This document shows positions 37,498 through 46,940 of a DNA stretch of 64,000 nt, piece after piece. Made by a program: the position numbers and the translations under genes. The first letter of the stretch is position 1; each line of letters starts with the position of its first letter. The stretch spans positions 96,001 to 160,000 of the forward strand of contig CBDCWP010000040.1 in assembly GCA_965223505.1 (NCBI GenBank), written 5' to 3'. Below the pieces are notes generated by a model. That model worked only from the letters and a program-made list of their open reading frames with translations, was not told the DNA's origin and made no database searches. Source of the stretch: Planctomycetota bacterium (lineage in GTDB: Bacteria; Planctomycetota; PLA2; JAEUHO01).

Positions 37498-38008
37498 TTG
37501 TCGTGCCTTCCCTCCGCGTGCCCCCCCCCCGCTGGGCCCCGTCCCGGGCGGGGGCGCGGCTCGCGGACCACGTGACCCCGTCGTGAGCGGTCCGGACCGC
37601 TCCGCCCTCCGGCGAACCCCTCCGCCCCCGCCGAGCATATGCGCGCGGGGCGCCAGAGCACTACGGGCTGGCGGTCTGCCGCGGTGCCGGAGCACGCCGG
37701 GCGTCGGCCGTCACAGTGACCAACGGTGAGTGACGGTCGGGCGTTCAGGGCGCTGTAGCCGGTGGGAGACGGCGTCGTCAGGGACGGCAGGCGATACCTA
37801 ACATCGTGGTTCTGGGCAGAGCCGTGGTAGGCTCTCGGGGCGGGAAAGGGTTGATTCTGGACCCCGGGCAGCTCGGGGATTATGGGCCACGGTTCGCCTT
37901 CGGCGGGGTGCTCTAGGCCCAAAGGCCCATCCCAAAGCGCCCACGCCGTCGTGTTAGGTAGTCGGGGCTCCAGGACGCCTCACGTCGCCCTGTGGGCGCC
38001 CCCATCGG

Positions 38009-38395
38009 TCAGGCGTCCCGTTCGTCGCTCGAGCGCCCAGGACGCGCCCGTGCGCCATCGTCGCGCGCCGGTCCGGACACCCGGCCGACGCGCTTCCCCG
38101 AGTCGGGGCCCATCCCGGCCATGCGAAGCCGTGCCAACGCCTCGGCCGCCCGGAGTCGAAGGCGTGGCGTGAGACGCTCGTCCTCCGCCGCATCCGCAAG
38201 CGCCCCGGCGTGCTCGAACGGGGGCGCACGCTCAGCGAGCCGGGCAGCCACGACCATCAGCAGTAGCCGCGCGCTCTCGCGAGCGTCGCGCGCGTCCCAT
38301 CCACTGCGGCGGGGAAGGCTCGCCCGCCTCGCCTCCCACGGCTCCCACTCCCAGTCGGGCCGGTCATCGTCAGCCGCGCGCATCAGCTCGACCAC
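38009..38395 (-). CDS. Small hypothetical protein paralogous to the putative TerS
   Basis: LADAAEDERLTPRLRLRAAEALARLRMAGM resembles 39680..40162; overlaps the terL 3' end. Confidence 0.5.
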   Translation of the reverse strand: MVELMRAADDDRPDWEWEPWEARRASLPRRSGWDARDARESARLLLMVVAARLAERAPPFEHAGALADAAEDERLTPRLRLRAAEALARLRMAGMGPDSGKRVGRVSGPARDDGARARPGRSSDERDA

Positions 38396-39702
38396 CTCGT
38401 TCGTTGGACCGCCCTACCGAAGCGTCCGACGAGGCGGGTCTTCTGCCGACGCGGCGTTCCGGCAACCGCGGGAAGCCGGGCCTCGATCAGCGATCCGTTG
38501 AACACAGCGACGGCGTAGGCGAGCACGTCTACCTGATCGTCATGAGCACCCTGCGGGAAGCCCAGCAGCTCGTCCACGAAGTCGCGACACCAGTGCGCAT
38601 GCCGAGGCAGGAGCACCCGCCCTCCTTCCAACGCAGCCGTCGCCGGCAGCGCGCGGGAGACCTTGTCGCGGTCGGCGCGCAGCTCGCGAATCGGAAGCCC
38701 GTGTCGGCGTGCCTCCTGGATCAGCGCCAGCTGGAAGCCGACCTTCTCAACCCACAGCACGGGCAGCTTCCATCGCGCGCGGGCGGCTTGCATTGCGGGG
38801 ACCAGGTCGGGGCCCTCGCGCCGGGCGCGGTCGATCGAAAGCACCAGCAACCGTCGATCGGGCGTCACTCCGAAGACCCCGATCACGGAGTAGTCGGCGC
38901 TGGTGCGAACTGACGCCGCGAGATCGACCGTGGCGAATCGTCGGAGCTTCGAAACGCGAAGGATCTCGCCGCCGGGCAACTGAACCGTTTCAGGCGAGGG
39001 CCTCGCGTAGCGGTGCTCGAACCACTCGGGCTTGAACAGACCGGCTCCGGCGGTCACGAATTGGGCCAGATGCTCTTGCGCGAACTGGAGCTCGCCCATG
39101 TCGCGTCGCGCGGCGACGAGCTCCTCGGCCGGGATGATGGGGTTCTCGCTCGTTGGCCGCTGCCAGCGTGCCCAATCCGACGACGTCTCCGCCGTCTGGA
39201 ACAGGTCCGCGATCCAGTTCATGCCGCACGGCGTCGTGAGGAACAGCGCCCAGCCCTGCCGGTCGGCCAGTGCGGGGCGGATGCCGTTGAGCCACGCCGC
39301 CTCCTTCATGAAGGCCGCTTCGTCGAGCACGACGCCGTCCAACCCGACGCCGCGAAGTGCGTCGGGATCGTCGGCGGACTTGACGGTGATCGCGCCGCCG
39401 CCCGGCAGCACGATGCGCATCTCCTTCTCGCGCTTCTCGATCCATGCGCCACGGAGCGCCTTCTTGAGATCGCGCCAGATCAGGAGTCCCTGGGGGTAGT
39501 TCGGCGCAACCCACCAGACGTTCCCGCCGTCGAGTGCACCGCGGAATCCGGAATCCGGCGGGCCGTGGCCCTCGACGCAGGCAATCAGGCCAAGCAGCGA
39601 TTTCCCCCAACGGCGACCGCACACCACGACCTTGAGCCGAGCCGGGTGTCGCAGCACGTCGAGTTGGTGCGCGAGCGGGTCAGGCAGGAGGATCTTCGCC
39701 AT
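38383..39702 (-). CDS. terL: Terminase large subunit (Terminase_6/6C type)
   Basis: Walker A GRRWGKS, Walker B VVLDEAA, TTP coupling motif, RNase H DLAAS...DYS, FPQGAHDDQVD. Confidence 0.93.
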   Translation of the reverse strand: MAKILLPDPLAHQLDVLRHPARLKVVVCGRRWGKSLLGLIACVEGHGPPDSGFRGALDGGNVWWVAPNYPQGLLIWRDLKKALRGAWIEKREKEMRIVLPGGGAITVKSADDPDALRGVGLDGVVLDEAAFMKEAAWLNGIRPALADRQGWALFLTTPCGMNWIADLFQTAETSSDWARWQRPTSENPIIPAEELVAARRDMGELQFAQEHLAQFVTAGAGLFKPEWFEHRYARPSPETVQLPGGEILRVSKLRRFATVDLAASVRTSADYSVIGVFGVTPDRRLLVLSIDRARREGPDLVPAMQAARARWKLPVLWVEKVGFQLALIQEARRHGLPIRELRADRDKVSRALPATAALEGGRVLLPRHAHWCRDFVDELLGFPQGAHDDQVDVLAYAVAVFNGSLIEARLPAVAGTPRRQKTRLVGRFGRAVQRTRWSS

Positions 39703-40162
39703 CGTTCTCGCTCGGTTTCAGTGGCCCCTGGACGCCGTGCCCGTTCGACTCGGGCGCAGCGCTTCGAGGCAGGGCGGCATCGTCCCGGCTCTGTTCGGAC
39801 TCGAGAGAGGACGCCGCGCGCCAGTCCTTGGCCCGAACGATCTCGATCGACTGGTTCACCTGCGTGAGTGCGAGTGACTGCGGCCCCGGCTTGAGACCGA
39901 GCCGATCGAGGGCGACCTCGCGAGCGCCCGTCAGCTCAGACAACGCCTCCATGGCTTGGAGCCTGAGTTTCGCGAGCACCTCGGCCGCGCGGCGACGTTC
40001 GCGGATGTCGTTCTTCTCGTCGCCCGCGATCTTGGTCAGGACGGCGACGTCCAGGTTGTGCTGGAACGCGGGCGTATCGAGGAACGCTCGGTAGGCCTCG
40101 ATGGAATCCAGCGCCCTTTGCTCGAGTTCGTCGTCGTCGCCCTCGGGATCGCGCTCGTTCAC
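39680..40162 (-). CDS. Putative terminase small subunit
   Basis: 160-aa helical protein directly upstream of and overlapping terL; C-terminal IEIV strand; GTGA coupling to the MTase. Confidence 0.55.
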   Translation of the reverse strand: MNERDPEGDDDELEQRALDSIEAYRAFLDTPAFQHNLDVAVLTKIAGDEKNDIRERRRAAEVLAKLRLQAMEALSELTGAREVALDRLGLKPGPQSLALTQVNQSIEIVRAKDWRAASSLESEQSRDDAALPRSAAPESNGHGVQGPLKPSENDGEDPPA

Positions 40163-41496
40163 GATGCGCGTTCCGCACTCTGGCCAGTCACCTGCTCGTA
40201 GCGCTTTACGATCACGTCGCAATAGAGTGGGTCGATCTCCATGAGGAAGGCGCTGCGGCCCGTGCGTTCCGCGCCGATGATCGTGCTGCCGCTCCCGCCG
40301 AACAGGTCGAGCACGTTCTCTCCGGGCAGGGAGCTGTAGGTGATCGCGAGCACGGCCAGTTCGACGGGTTTCTCCGTCAGGTGGACCATGCTCTGCGGGT
40401 TGACCTTCTTGACGGCCCAAAGGTCCGGCACGTTGGGCGGCCCGAAGAACTGGTGCGCCGCCCCTTCCCGCCAGCAGTAGAAGCACCATTCGTGCGCACC
40501 CATGAAGTCCTTACGCGTCAAGACCGGGTGCTGCTTGTCCCAGATGATGGCCTGGGAGAAGTACAGCCCGGCCTCCTTCAGCGCCGCGGGGTAGTTCGCG
40601 CAGTTGGCGTACCCGCCCCAGATGTAGGCGGCGCGACCCGGCAGGAGCGCGCGGGCGGCGTTCGAGAACCACGCGCGCAGCATCTCCGCGAACGCCTCGT
40701 CCGACACGAAGTCGTTCTCCAGCGGCCGGTCCTTGGCTCGCAGCCGCTCGTGCGTTGCGTTGCGCTTGCTCGGGTGGCGCGCAACGTCGAGTCCCTGGTG
40801 GTGCGTCGCGCTGAACGACGAGAGCCCGGCCGCGATGGCATTGTTGCTGCGCGGCTCGACCTTCACGTTGTAGGGCGGGTCGGTGTTCACGAGGTGCACG
40901 GGCGCTCCATCGAGCAGCCGGTCAAGGTCCTCGACGCTGCCGCTGTCGCCGCAGAGCAGCCGGTGGCGCCCCAGGAGCCACAGGTCACCAAGCCTCGTGA
41001 TGGCCTCTTCGGGCGGCTCCGGGACGGCGTCGAGATCCTGGTCCTCCTGCATGGCACGAATCGCCTGTTCGGCTTCGTGGGCGATGCGGCGCATCTCCTT
41101 CTCATCGAAGCCAAGCGTCTGGAACACGTCCGGTGGCAGGGCCTGTAGCTCTTCGGAGAGCCGCACGAAGTCCCACTCGGCGAGCTCGGACGTGCGGTTG
41201 TCGGCAATCGCGTAGCCGCGGGCTTCCGCGCCATCAAGGTCGGTGGTGATGGCCGCGATCTGTTCCCAGCCAAGGTGCTTCGCCGCCGCCAGGGTGCCGT
41301 TGCCGGCGAGCACCGTCCCGTCGGGCGCCACGACGATCGGCTTCTGCTGGCCAAAGCGAGACAGCGAGTTCGCGATGGCCATGAGGTTGCGTTCGTCGTG
41401 CGCGCGCGCGTTGTTCGGATCAAGGCGCAAGTCGGCCGCAGGACGCAAGTGCGCATCGAGGCCAGGAGCATAGCGGGGCACTACCGATGCAACCAT
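40159..41496 (-). CDS. ParB-like domain plus N6-adenine/N4-cytosine DNA methyltransferase
   Basis: NARAH...FGQQKPIVV...LAGNG...ADNR ParB-like domain; DPPY; HLTEKP; VLDLFGGSGST. Confidence 0.93.
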   Translation of the reverse strand: MVASVVPRYAPGLDAHLRPAADLRLDPNNARAHDERNLMAIANSLSRFGQQKPIVVAPDGTVLAGNGTLAAAKHLGWEQIAAITTDLDGAEARGYAIADNRTSELAEWDFVRLSEELQALPPDVFQTLGFDEKEMRRIAHEAEQAIRAMQEDQDLDAVPEPPEEAITRLGDLWLLGRHRLLCGDSGSVEDLDRLLDGAPVHLVNTDPPYNVKVEPRSNNAIAAGLSSFSATHHQGLDVARHPSKRNATHERLRAKDRPLENDFVSDEAFAEMLRAWFSNAARALLPGRAAYIWGGYANCANYPAALKEAGLYFSQAIIWDKQHPVLTRKDFMGAHEWCFYCWREGAAHQFFGPPNVPDLWAVKKVNPQSMVHLTEKPVELAVLAITYSSLPGENVLDLFGGSGSTIIGAERTGRSAFLMEIDPLYCDVIVKRYEQVTGQSAERAS

Positions 41497-41908
41497 GCGT
41501 GAATCCTACTCGCGTAAGCCCAATCCATCCTTACCAAGGACGCACGAACAGCAGCGCGGGTTCGAACGAGTGAAGGACATGAATGATTCGTACGTCGTCC
41601 TTCACTTGGCCGGCTTCGGCTGCAGCGCGCGCACCTGCACCCCTACGCACATCACCGCACCGCTTCACCGCAAGCGCACCGGACGAAGTGAAGGAGTGAG
41701 AATCCGAAGCGCACTTGAAACTCCTCATCGCGCGCGCGCGCACGATGGGACATTGCGATCGTCCTTCACCTCTTTCGCACCCAGGCTCCTGAACACGGCG
41801 CGGCGGCACGTCGCTGCCCCCGGATACCCTGACTAGCCCCGGTGGGGCTAACGCGCCCGAACGGATGAGACTCCTCACTCGGGCAGCTACGGCGTGTCGG
41901 AGGTGACG

Positions 41909-42847
41909 ATGGTTGCGAGCAGTGGACGGGCGACGAATCGAAGCGATCGTCAGCGGAAGCGGGACTACTGGCTACATGGAGCACTCGAAGCGGCAGGGCT
42001 ACAGGTGGCAGACAGCGCGTCCACAGCGCTCGAAGGGGCTGTGTCCGAGCTGCTTCTACGGGGTTTCGCTGAAGTCGGACTGGACCGCGGAGAGCGCGGG
42101 CGATTGGAGTCCGTGTTCCGCGCCGCCGCCGAACGACCGGAGGACACGCGCCAGGAGCTATGCCGTGCGGCGATTGAGAGTGCGCGCCGCTGTGCACCGG
42201 GTGACCGACGCAGGGTTGCTCTCGCCGGCGGCTTCGTGGGCCTGCTCGTGCTGTCGCAGCGGAACCACCCAAGGAGGGAGTGGCGCAGGGACGACTTCAG
42301 GAACCTCCAGACCCTGGAGATGTGGACGGATCTGCCGAGCCCGCTCCCGGCTGCAATCTCTGTGATGAAGCGACACCCCGGCGCTGGGGGCTTCAAGACG
42401 ATCGAGGCCGAGGTATGGACGGTGCTCCGGTGCCTGCAAGATCCGTCATGGAAGCGCCCGGATCCGGTGCAGGCGCTGATGGCTGCGGCTCGATCCTCGA
42501 CCGGCGACGTCGAGCCCATGGAGCCGGCGCAGGAAACGCGACACGTCATCGACCTGGATCCGGACGACTTGCAGCATCTGGTCCTGGACGGAGTGCGCCT
42601 GTCCTATGCAAGTGGGCAGCGCGGCGGAGAGCTCACGAAGCGCCACCGAGCCGCAGGGCTTCTGGCAGACATCGCCACGGGCACCGGCCAGGGCCACTAC
42701 TCAAGCAACGCCATACGCGACCTCCGTCGCGCATTGGAACGAGCGTCGGGCAGTAGGCTGACCCTTCGGCGCGAGTCCGCTGGATACGCCTTCACACGCC
42801 CCGTGACGCTGACGAAGAGAGCGCTGGAGGCGTGCCGCCGCACCTAG
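41909..42847 (+). CDS. Hypothetical protein with possible C-terminal winged helix
   Basis: Long ORF heading the early operon; NAIRDLRRAL...GYAF C-terminus. Confidence 0.5.
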   Translation: MVASSGRATNRSDRQRKRDYWLHGALEAAGLQVADSASTALEGAVSELLLRGFAEVGLDRGERGRLESVFRAAAERPEDTRQELCRAAIESARRCAPGDRRRVALAGGFVGLLVLSQRNHPRREWRRDDFRNLQTLEMWTDLPSPLPAAISVMKRHPGAGGFKTIEAEVWTVLRCLQDPSWKRPDPVQALMAAARSSTGDVEPMEPAQETRHVIDLDPDDLQHLVLDGVRLSYASGQRGGELTKRHRAAGLLADIATGTGQGHYSSNAIRDLRRALERASGSRLTLRRESAGYAFTRPVTLTKRALEACRRT

Positions 42848-42966
42848 GGCCCGCGCCTCACCCTGCCATCGACTGTTCCCAATGGACCAAGTGTTGGAAC
42901 AGTTGGACCAGTCATCCTTGCCTTCACGGGTGCGCCGATGCACGCGCGCGCCCACGGAGGCATGCA

Positions 42967-43179
42967 ATGACAAACGGCAAGACCTACCCCGATGAGACGC
43001 TGGGTCCGCGTCTCCTCCCGCTGCCGTTGGCCGCGGAGCACCTCTCGATCGGTCTTCGCACGCTCAAGGCCAGGATCGCGGCGGGCTCCATCCCGGTGGT
43101 CCGCGTCTCGCCCGGGCGCGTGGCCATCGACCCGCGCGACCTGGACGCGTACATCACCGCGCAGCGAACGAAGGCGTAG
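42967..43179 (+). CDS. Excisionase-like HTH (HTH_17/MerR-like)
   Basis: AAEHLSIGLRTLKARIAAGSIPVVRV...IDPRDLDAYI; RBS GGAGG. Confidence 0.85.
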   Translation: MTNGKTYPDETLGPRLLPLPLAAEHLSIGLRTLKARIAAGSIPVVRVSPGRVAIDPRDLDAYITAQRTKA

Positions 43180-43228
43180 GGGAGCCCATGTCCGATTGCT
43201 TTCTCACCTTCCGCGTGGAGCCCAAGTT

Positions 43229-44002
43229 GTGACTTGGCTCAAGCTCGACATCGGAATCATAGACAATCCCGTCTGGCGCGATGGTCTCGGCCTTCGGCTC
43301 TGGCTCTGGCTTCTCTGCCGCGCAAAGAGCTCGCACCCAGAGGGCGTCGTCCGGTTCAGCTACCCGGTGGTAGCCAATCAACTCGAGTTCAATGACGGGC
43401 ACCGGCTGTGCCGACCCAATCGACAGTCTCTGCGTCGAGCACTCAGGCGACTGGTCCGCGATGGAAGAGTCGTGGTCGATGAGTGGCGTCAGGGTCCGGA
43501 GCAGGCACGCATCCAGGGAGGCTCCCAGGGCTACGTCACCGTAAGGCTCTGTAACTGGGAGACTTATCAGAGTCCACGGGCTCGAACGGAACAAGGGGGC
43601 GACGCAGGGGCCGCGCCAGGGGTGCATGACTCCCGCACGAACGGGCGATACACCAAGAAGAGAGAGACAGAGAAGAGACAGAAGAATTCTGGTGTTGCGA
43701 TCAGGCGGGTGGCTCAGAAGCGATCGTCTCGCGAGCAACTGGCACATGACCTAGCGAAGCGACTGGGGAGCAGCATCGCACCCTGCCGTCAGCAGATCCA
43801 GGCGCTGCTCTCGGAGGGCTGGACCGAGGACCGCGTTCGCGCCGCGGTGGAAGAGTTCGGCACGGCAGGCCTCTCTCCTTGGGACTGGACGCGCCGTGCC
43901 AAGGGCATGGCCGGCGGTCCCGGAGGTCGCGGGAAGCTCACTCCCCGCGACCTGCTCTCACTTGCCGAGCGCGCAAGGGAGATCGACGGCGATGAAGCGT
44001 AG
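43229..44002 (+). CDS. Phage-type replication initiator (replisome organiser)
   Basis: WLKLD...DNPVW...RLWLWLLCRA and VRLCNWETYQ motifs; lies before the helicase loader. Confidence 0.75.
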   Translation: MTWLKLDIGIIDNPVWRDGLGLRLWLWLLCRAKSSHPEGVVRFSYPVVANQLEFNDGHRLCRPNRQSLRRALRRLVRDGRVVVDEWRQGPEQARIQGGSQGYVTVRLCNWETYQSPRARTEQGGDAGAAPGVHDSRTNGRYTKKRETEKRQKNSGVAIRRVAQKRSSREQLAHDLAKRLGSSIAPCRQQIQALLSEGWTEDRVRAAVEEFGTAGLSPWDWTRRAKGMAGGPGGRGKLTPRDLLSLAERAREIDGDEA

Positions 44003-44573
44003 CGAAACGATCGCATGCCTTGCCCGCCCCGCGGCCGCATACAGCAAGGAGATCGCGGAGGAGGCTGTGGCGGTCTGGCACGACGCCCTCGGTGACCTTG
44101 AGTACGAAGAGGTCGATCAGGCAATGAGATACCACATAGCTACGTCTCCTTGGTTCCCGGCCCCCGCGAGCATTCGCCAGATTGTCTTCGAGCGCCGCGC
44201 GGACCTGCCGTCCATCGAGGAGGGCGTCGCTCGGATCATGGGACTCGTAGCTGAGGGGCACGAAGCACGGCGCTCGCTCGGACCGGTCCTCGACAGCGTG
44301 ATCGATTCCATCGGATGGTGGCGCCTCACGAGCAGCACCGACACGACGACGCTTCGCGCCCAAGTGCGAAACGCCTATGCGGAAGCCCGCGAACAAGCCG
44401 TCCGCGAACTCAACTGTGCTAGCGCCGGGTTGGCCCTTCCGCCCGGCAGAAGGGACGCCGACCCCCGGCTGGGGCGTCTGGCATCGGCAAGAGAGATCCT
44501 GCGCCCCGTGCTCGAGGAGTTCGCGGATCAGCCGCAGGCGAGCGGCAGGGAGGAGGAGGAAGATGTGGGGTAG
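43992..44573 (+). CDS. Replicative helicase loader/inhibitor (G39P-like)
   Basis: AAAY...VWHDALGDLEYEEV..A...HIATSPWFPAPASIR. Confidence 0.75.
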   Translation: MKRSETIACLARPAAAYSKEIAEEAVAVWHDALGDLEYEEVDQAMRYHIATSPWFPAPASIRQIVFERRADLPSIEEGVARIMGLVAEGHEARRSLGPVLDSVIDSIGWWRLTSSTDTTTLRAQVRNAYAEAREQAVRELNCASAGLALPPGRRDADPRLGRLASAREILRPVLEEFADQPQASGREEEEDVG

Positions 44574-44808
44574 CAAACGCGGCATGTTCCGCCTCCGGCC
44601 CACCCTTCGGACGTGCTTCACGAATGGGAATCGCACCCGGGATCGAATCAGGGTGGCCCTTGGGGGCCATCCAGCCGCAACTGCTCCCGCACTCGTGGCC
44701 CTTCGCGTAGGCACGGCGGATCCAAGCCAACAACAAGTGGATGTCGGGCCGGAAGAGAGCCCTTGTGTGTCCCGACGGCGGGAATCGGCCCGCCGGAAGG
44801 AGACCGAG

Positions 44809-44994
44809 ATGACCAAGCTGACATTCAGCGACGGCGAGACGTTCGACACGTCGGGGCCGCTCCGCATCGAGCGCCGACGTGACGGCCTGTACGTCCTGGG
44901 CGAAGGGCTGCTGTGCGCGTGCGACACGCGAGAGGAAGCCGAGGAACTGCTACGCGAGTTCAAGGGCCACCGCGACAAGAAGGGCGGTGAGTGA
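44809..44994 (+). CDS. Small hypothetical protein
   Basis: RBS AAGGAG; 61 aa; coupled to the next gene. Confidence 0.55.
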   Translation: MTKLTFSDGETFDTSGPLRIERRRDGLYVLGEGLLCACDTREEAEELLREFKGHRDKKGGE

Positions 44995-45254
44995 TGGCCG
45001 CGAAGAAGAAGGCGACGAAACGCAAGGCCGCGAAGAAGCGCGCAGGAAAGCGCAAGGCCAAGGCACAGACCATCGAGCGCACGTTCAAGGGCAAGAAGCA
45101 CGTCGTGACCGTGACGGCCGACGGCTTCACCTACAGGGGTTCGACGTACCGTTCGCTCACAGCGATCGCCAAGAAGATCACGGGCTACAAGTCGGTCAGC
45201 GGCCCGCGCTTCTTCGGAACCGACGGCGGCGGCAGGAAAGGCGGTCGAGCGTGA
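44994..45254 (+). CDS. Short DUF2924-like protein with Lys-rich histone-like N-terminus
   Basis: AAKKKATKRKAAKK followed by RTFKGKKHVVTV..GFTYRGSTYRSLTAIAKKITG...SGPRFFG. Confidence 0.8.
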   Translation: MAAKKKATKRKAAKKRAGKRKAKAQTIERTFKGKKHVVTVTADGFTYRGSTYRSLTAIAKKITGYKSVSGPRFFGTDGGGRKGGRA

Positions 45255-45727
45255 CCGCATCCGCCACCGAGGGCCTCGCTGCCAGCATTCGCGCACTCGG
45301 CGAGCTGAGCGTGCCCGATCTGAGGCGTCGCTTCGAGCAAGTCTGCGCGCGCCCAACGCGCTCGGACAACCGCGAGCACCTGACCCGAACGATCGCGCAG
45401 ACGCTGTGCGACGCCGACCCGCCCAGTGACCGCAACGCTCGCCGCCGCGTCGCACGCGCGCTCGAAGCGGCGCTGCGTCCCCGGAAGGGACCGGAAGCAC
45501 GCTCGGCTGATCCCCGCATCCCGCCCGCCGGCAGCATCCTCCGACGCCGCTACCGAGGGCGCGAAATCCAGGTTCGGATCAGCCGCAGGGGCTTCGTCTA
45601 CGAGGGCCAGACGTACAGCTCGCTCACGGCCGTCGCGCACGCCGTCACCGGCGCCCATTGGAACGGCTTGATCTTCTTCGGCCTAACCGAACGGAAGCGT
45701 GGTCCGGCCGGAAGGAGGCAATCGTGA
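45251..45727 (+). CDS. DUF2924 family protein
   Basis: DPRIPPAGSILRRRYRG...GFVYEGQTYSSLTAVAHAVTGAHWNGLIFFGL. Confidence 0.88.
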   Translation: MTASATEGLAASIRALGELSVPDLRRRFEQVCARPTRSDNREHLTRTIAQTLCDADPPSDRNARRRVARALEAALRPRKGPEARSADPRIPPAGSILRRRYRGREIQVRISRRGFVYEGQTYSSLTAVAHAVTGAHWNGLIFFGLTERKRGPAGRRQS

Positions 45728-46806
45728 GCCTCTACAAGCCGAAGCGCCGCGATCGTCACGGCGTGCTTCGCCCCTGCGGCGTGTGGTGGACGGACGTCGT
45801 GGTTGCCGGGACGCGCTACCGCCGCTCGCTCGGGGTACGCGACAAGCACGCCGCGCAGGTTCTCGAAGCAGAGCTGATCCGCAAGCTCGAGCTCGAAGCC
45901 GCGGGCCTGCCGGTTGAGAACGGAACGGCCGACGCCAAACCCTCCGTGCTGATCGGAGAGTACGAGCGCGAGCTGCAGCGTCGCCGCTGCTCCGTCGTGC
46001 ACGTCCGCAAGTCCATCCAACGCGCCGAGGTCCTTCTCAATGGATCCAAGCGGCTGGCGGACGTCACACCCGCGAAGATCCGTGGCGCCCTGGATCGGCT
46101 CTCCTTGGGAGAGGCGTCACCACGAACGGTGAACGCCTACCGCCTCGCGCTCTCGGGCTTCTTCAACTGGCTGGTACGCGAGGGACGCTGGCCGACCAAC
46201 CCGGTCAGGCAAGTCGCGGCAGTGAAGGTCAACGGCGCGACACGCATGCGCCGTGCTCTTACGGAGCGGGAACTCGCCCGTCTTCTCGACGCCGCTCCGT
46301 CCGCTCGGGCGCTTGTCTACCGCGTGGCCGCCACGACCGGGTTGAGGCGCGGAGAACTCGCAGCACTGACCTGGGCCGACATCGACCTGGACGCAGCAAC
46401 GCTTCGGGTGCGGGCCTCGACGTCGAAGAACCGACGTGATGCCACGCAGCCCCTCCCCGACGGAACGGTGGTCGCTCTCGCGACGGCCTGCGGCGAACGC
46501 CAGATACCTAGCTCACGGGTGTTCGCCTCGATCCCGATGATGCCCACCTTTCGCAACGACCTCGATGCCGCCAACATCCCCTACGAGTCGGAAGAAGGGG
46601 TGGCCGACTTCCACGCCCTGCGTGTCACCTACGCGACCATGTTGGCGCGGGCGGGCGTCTCGCTGGTCCAGGCCCAACGGTTGATGCGCCACTCCGATCC
46701 GAAGCTGACGGCCAACATCTACACGAGGTTGCAGCTCGATGACGCGCACGCCGCGGTGGCGCGGATCGACCTCTGCACGAAGCGGCCGGGTCGCGTCACC
46801 AACTAG
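45724..46806 (+). CDS. int: Tyrosine recombinase/integrase
   Basis: TGLRRGEL (R), K, DFHALR (HxxR), MRHSD, IYT catalytic Tyr; N-terminal arm-binding RYRRSLG. Confidence 0.95.
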   Translation: MSLYKPKRRDRHGVLRPCGVWWTDVVVAGTRYRRSLGVRDKHAAQVLEAELIRKLELEAAGLPVENGTADAKPSVLIGEYERELQRRRCSVVHVRKSIQRAEVLLNGSKRLADVTPAKIRGALDRLSLGEASPRTVNAYRLALSGFFNWLVREGRWPTNPVRQVAAVKVNGATRMRRALTERELARLLDAAPSARALVYRVAATTGLRRGELAALTWADIDLDAATLRVRASTSKNRRDATQPLPDGTVVALATACGERQIPSSRVFASIPMMPTFRNDLDAANIPYESEEGVADFHALRVTYATMLARAGVSLVQAQRLMRHSDPKLTANIYTRLQLDDAHAAVARIDLCTKRPGRVTN

Positions 46807-46940
46807 ACACCCCCCGCAGAACGGTGGCTTCCGGGCCGGGGCCCGCCAGCCGTAGGGGCCTCTCGCCGGGTGACGGCGCGGCTCAAGACGGCCTCACGCG
46901 CCACCGAACTACCTGACGGTAGGGGAGGTAAGCTGACAGC

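Noticed and set aside
37500..38000. Structured ncRNA upstream of the QatB-like gene
   Set aside because: GC-rich hairpins are present (e.g. ~37520-37558), but I recognise no RNA family and such stems arise easily at this GC content.
41834..41850. Operator palindrome TAGCCCC-GGT-GGGGCTA in the divergent early/late intergenic region
   Set aside because: It is a single occurrence with no second copy or assignable regulator, too weak to call.
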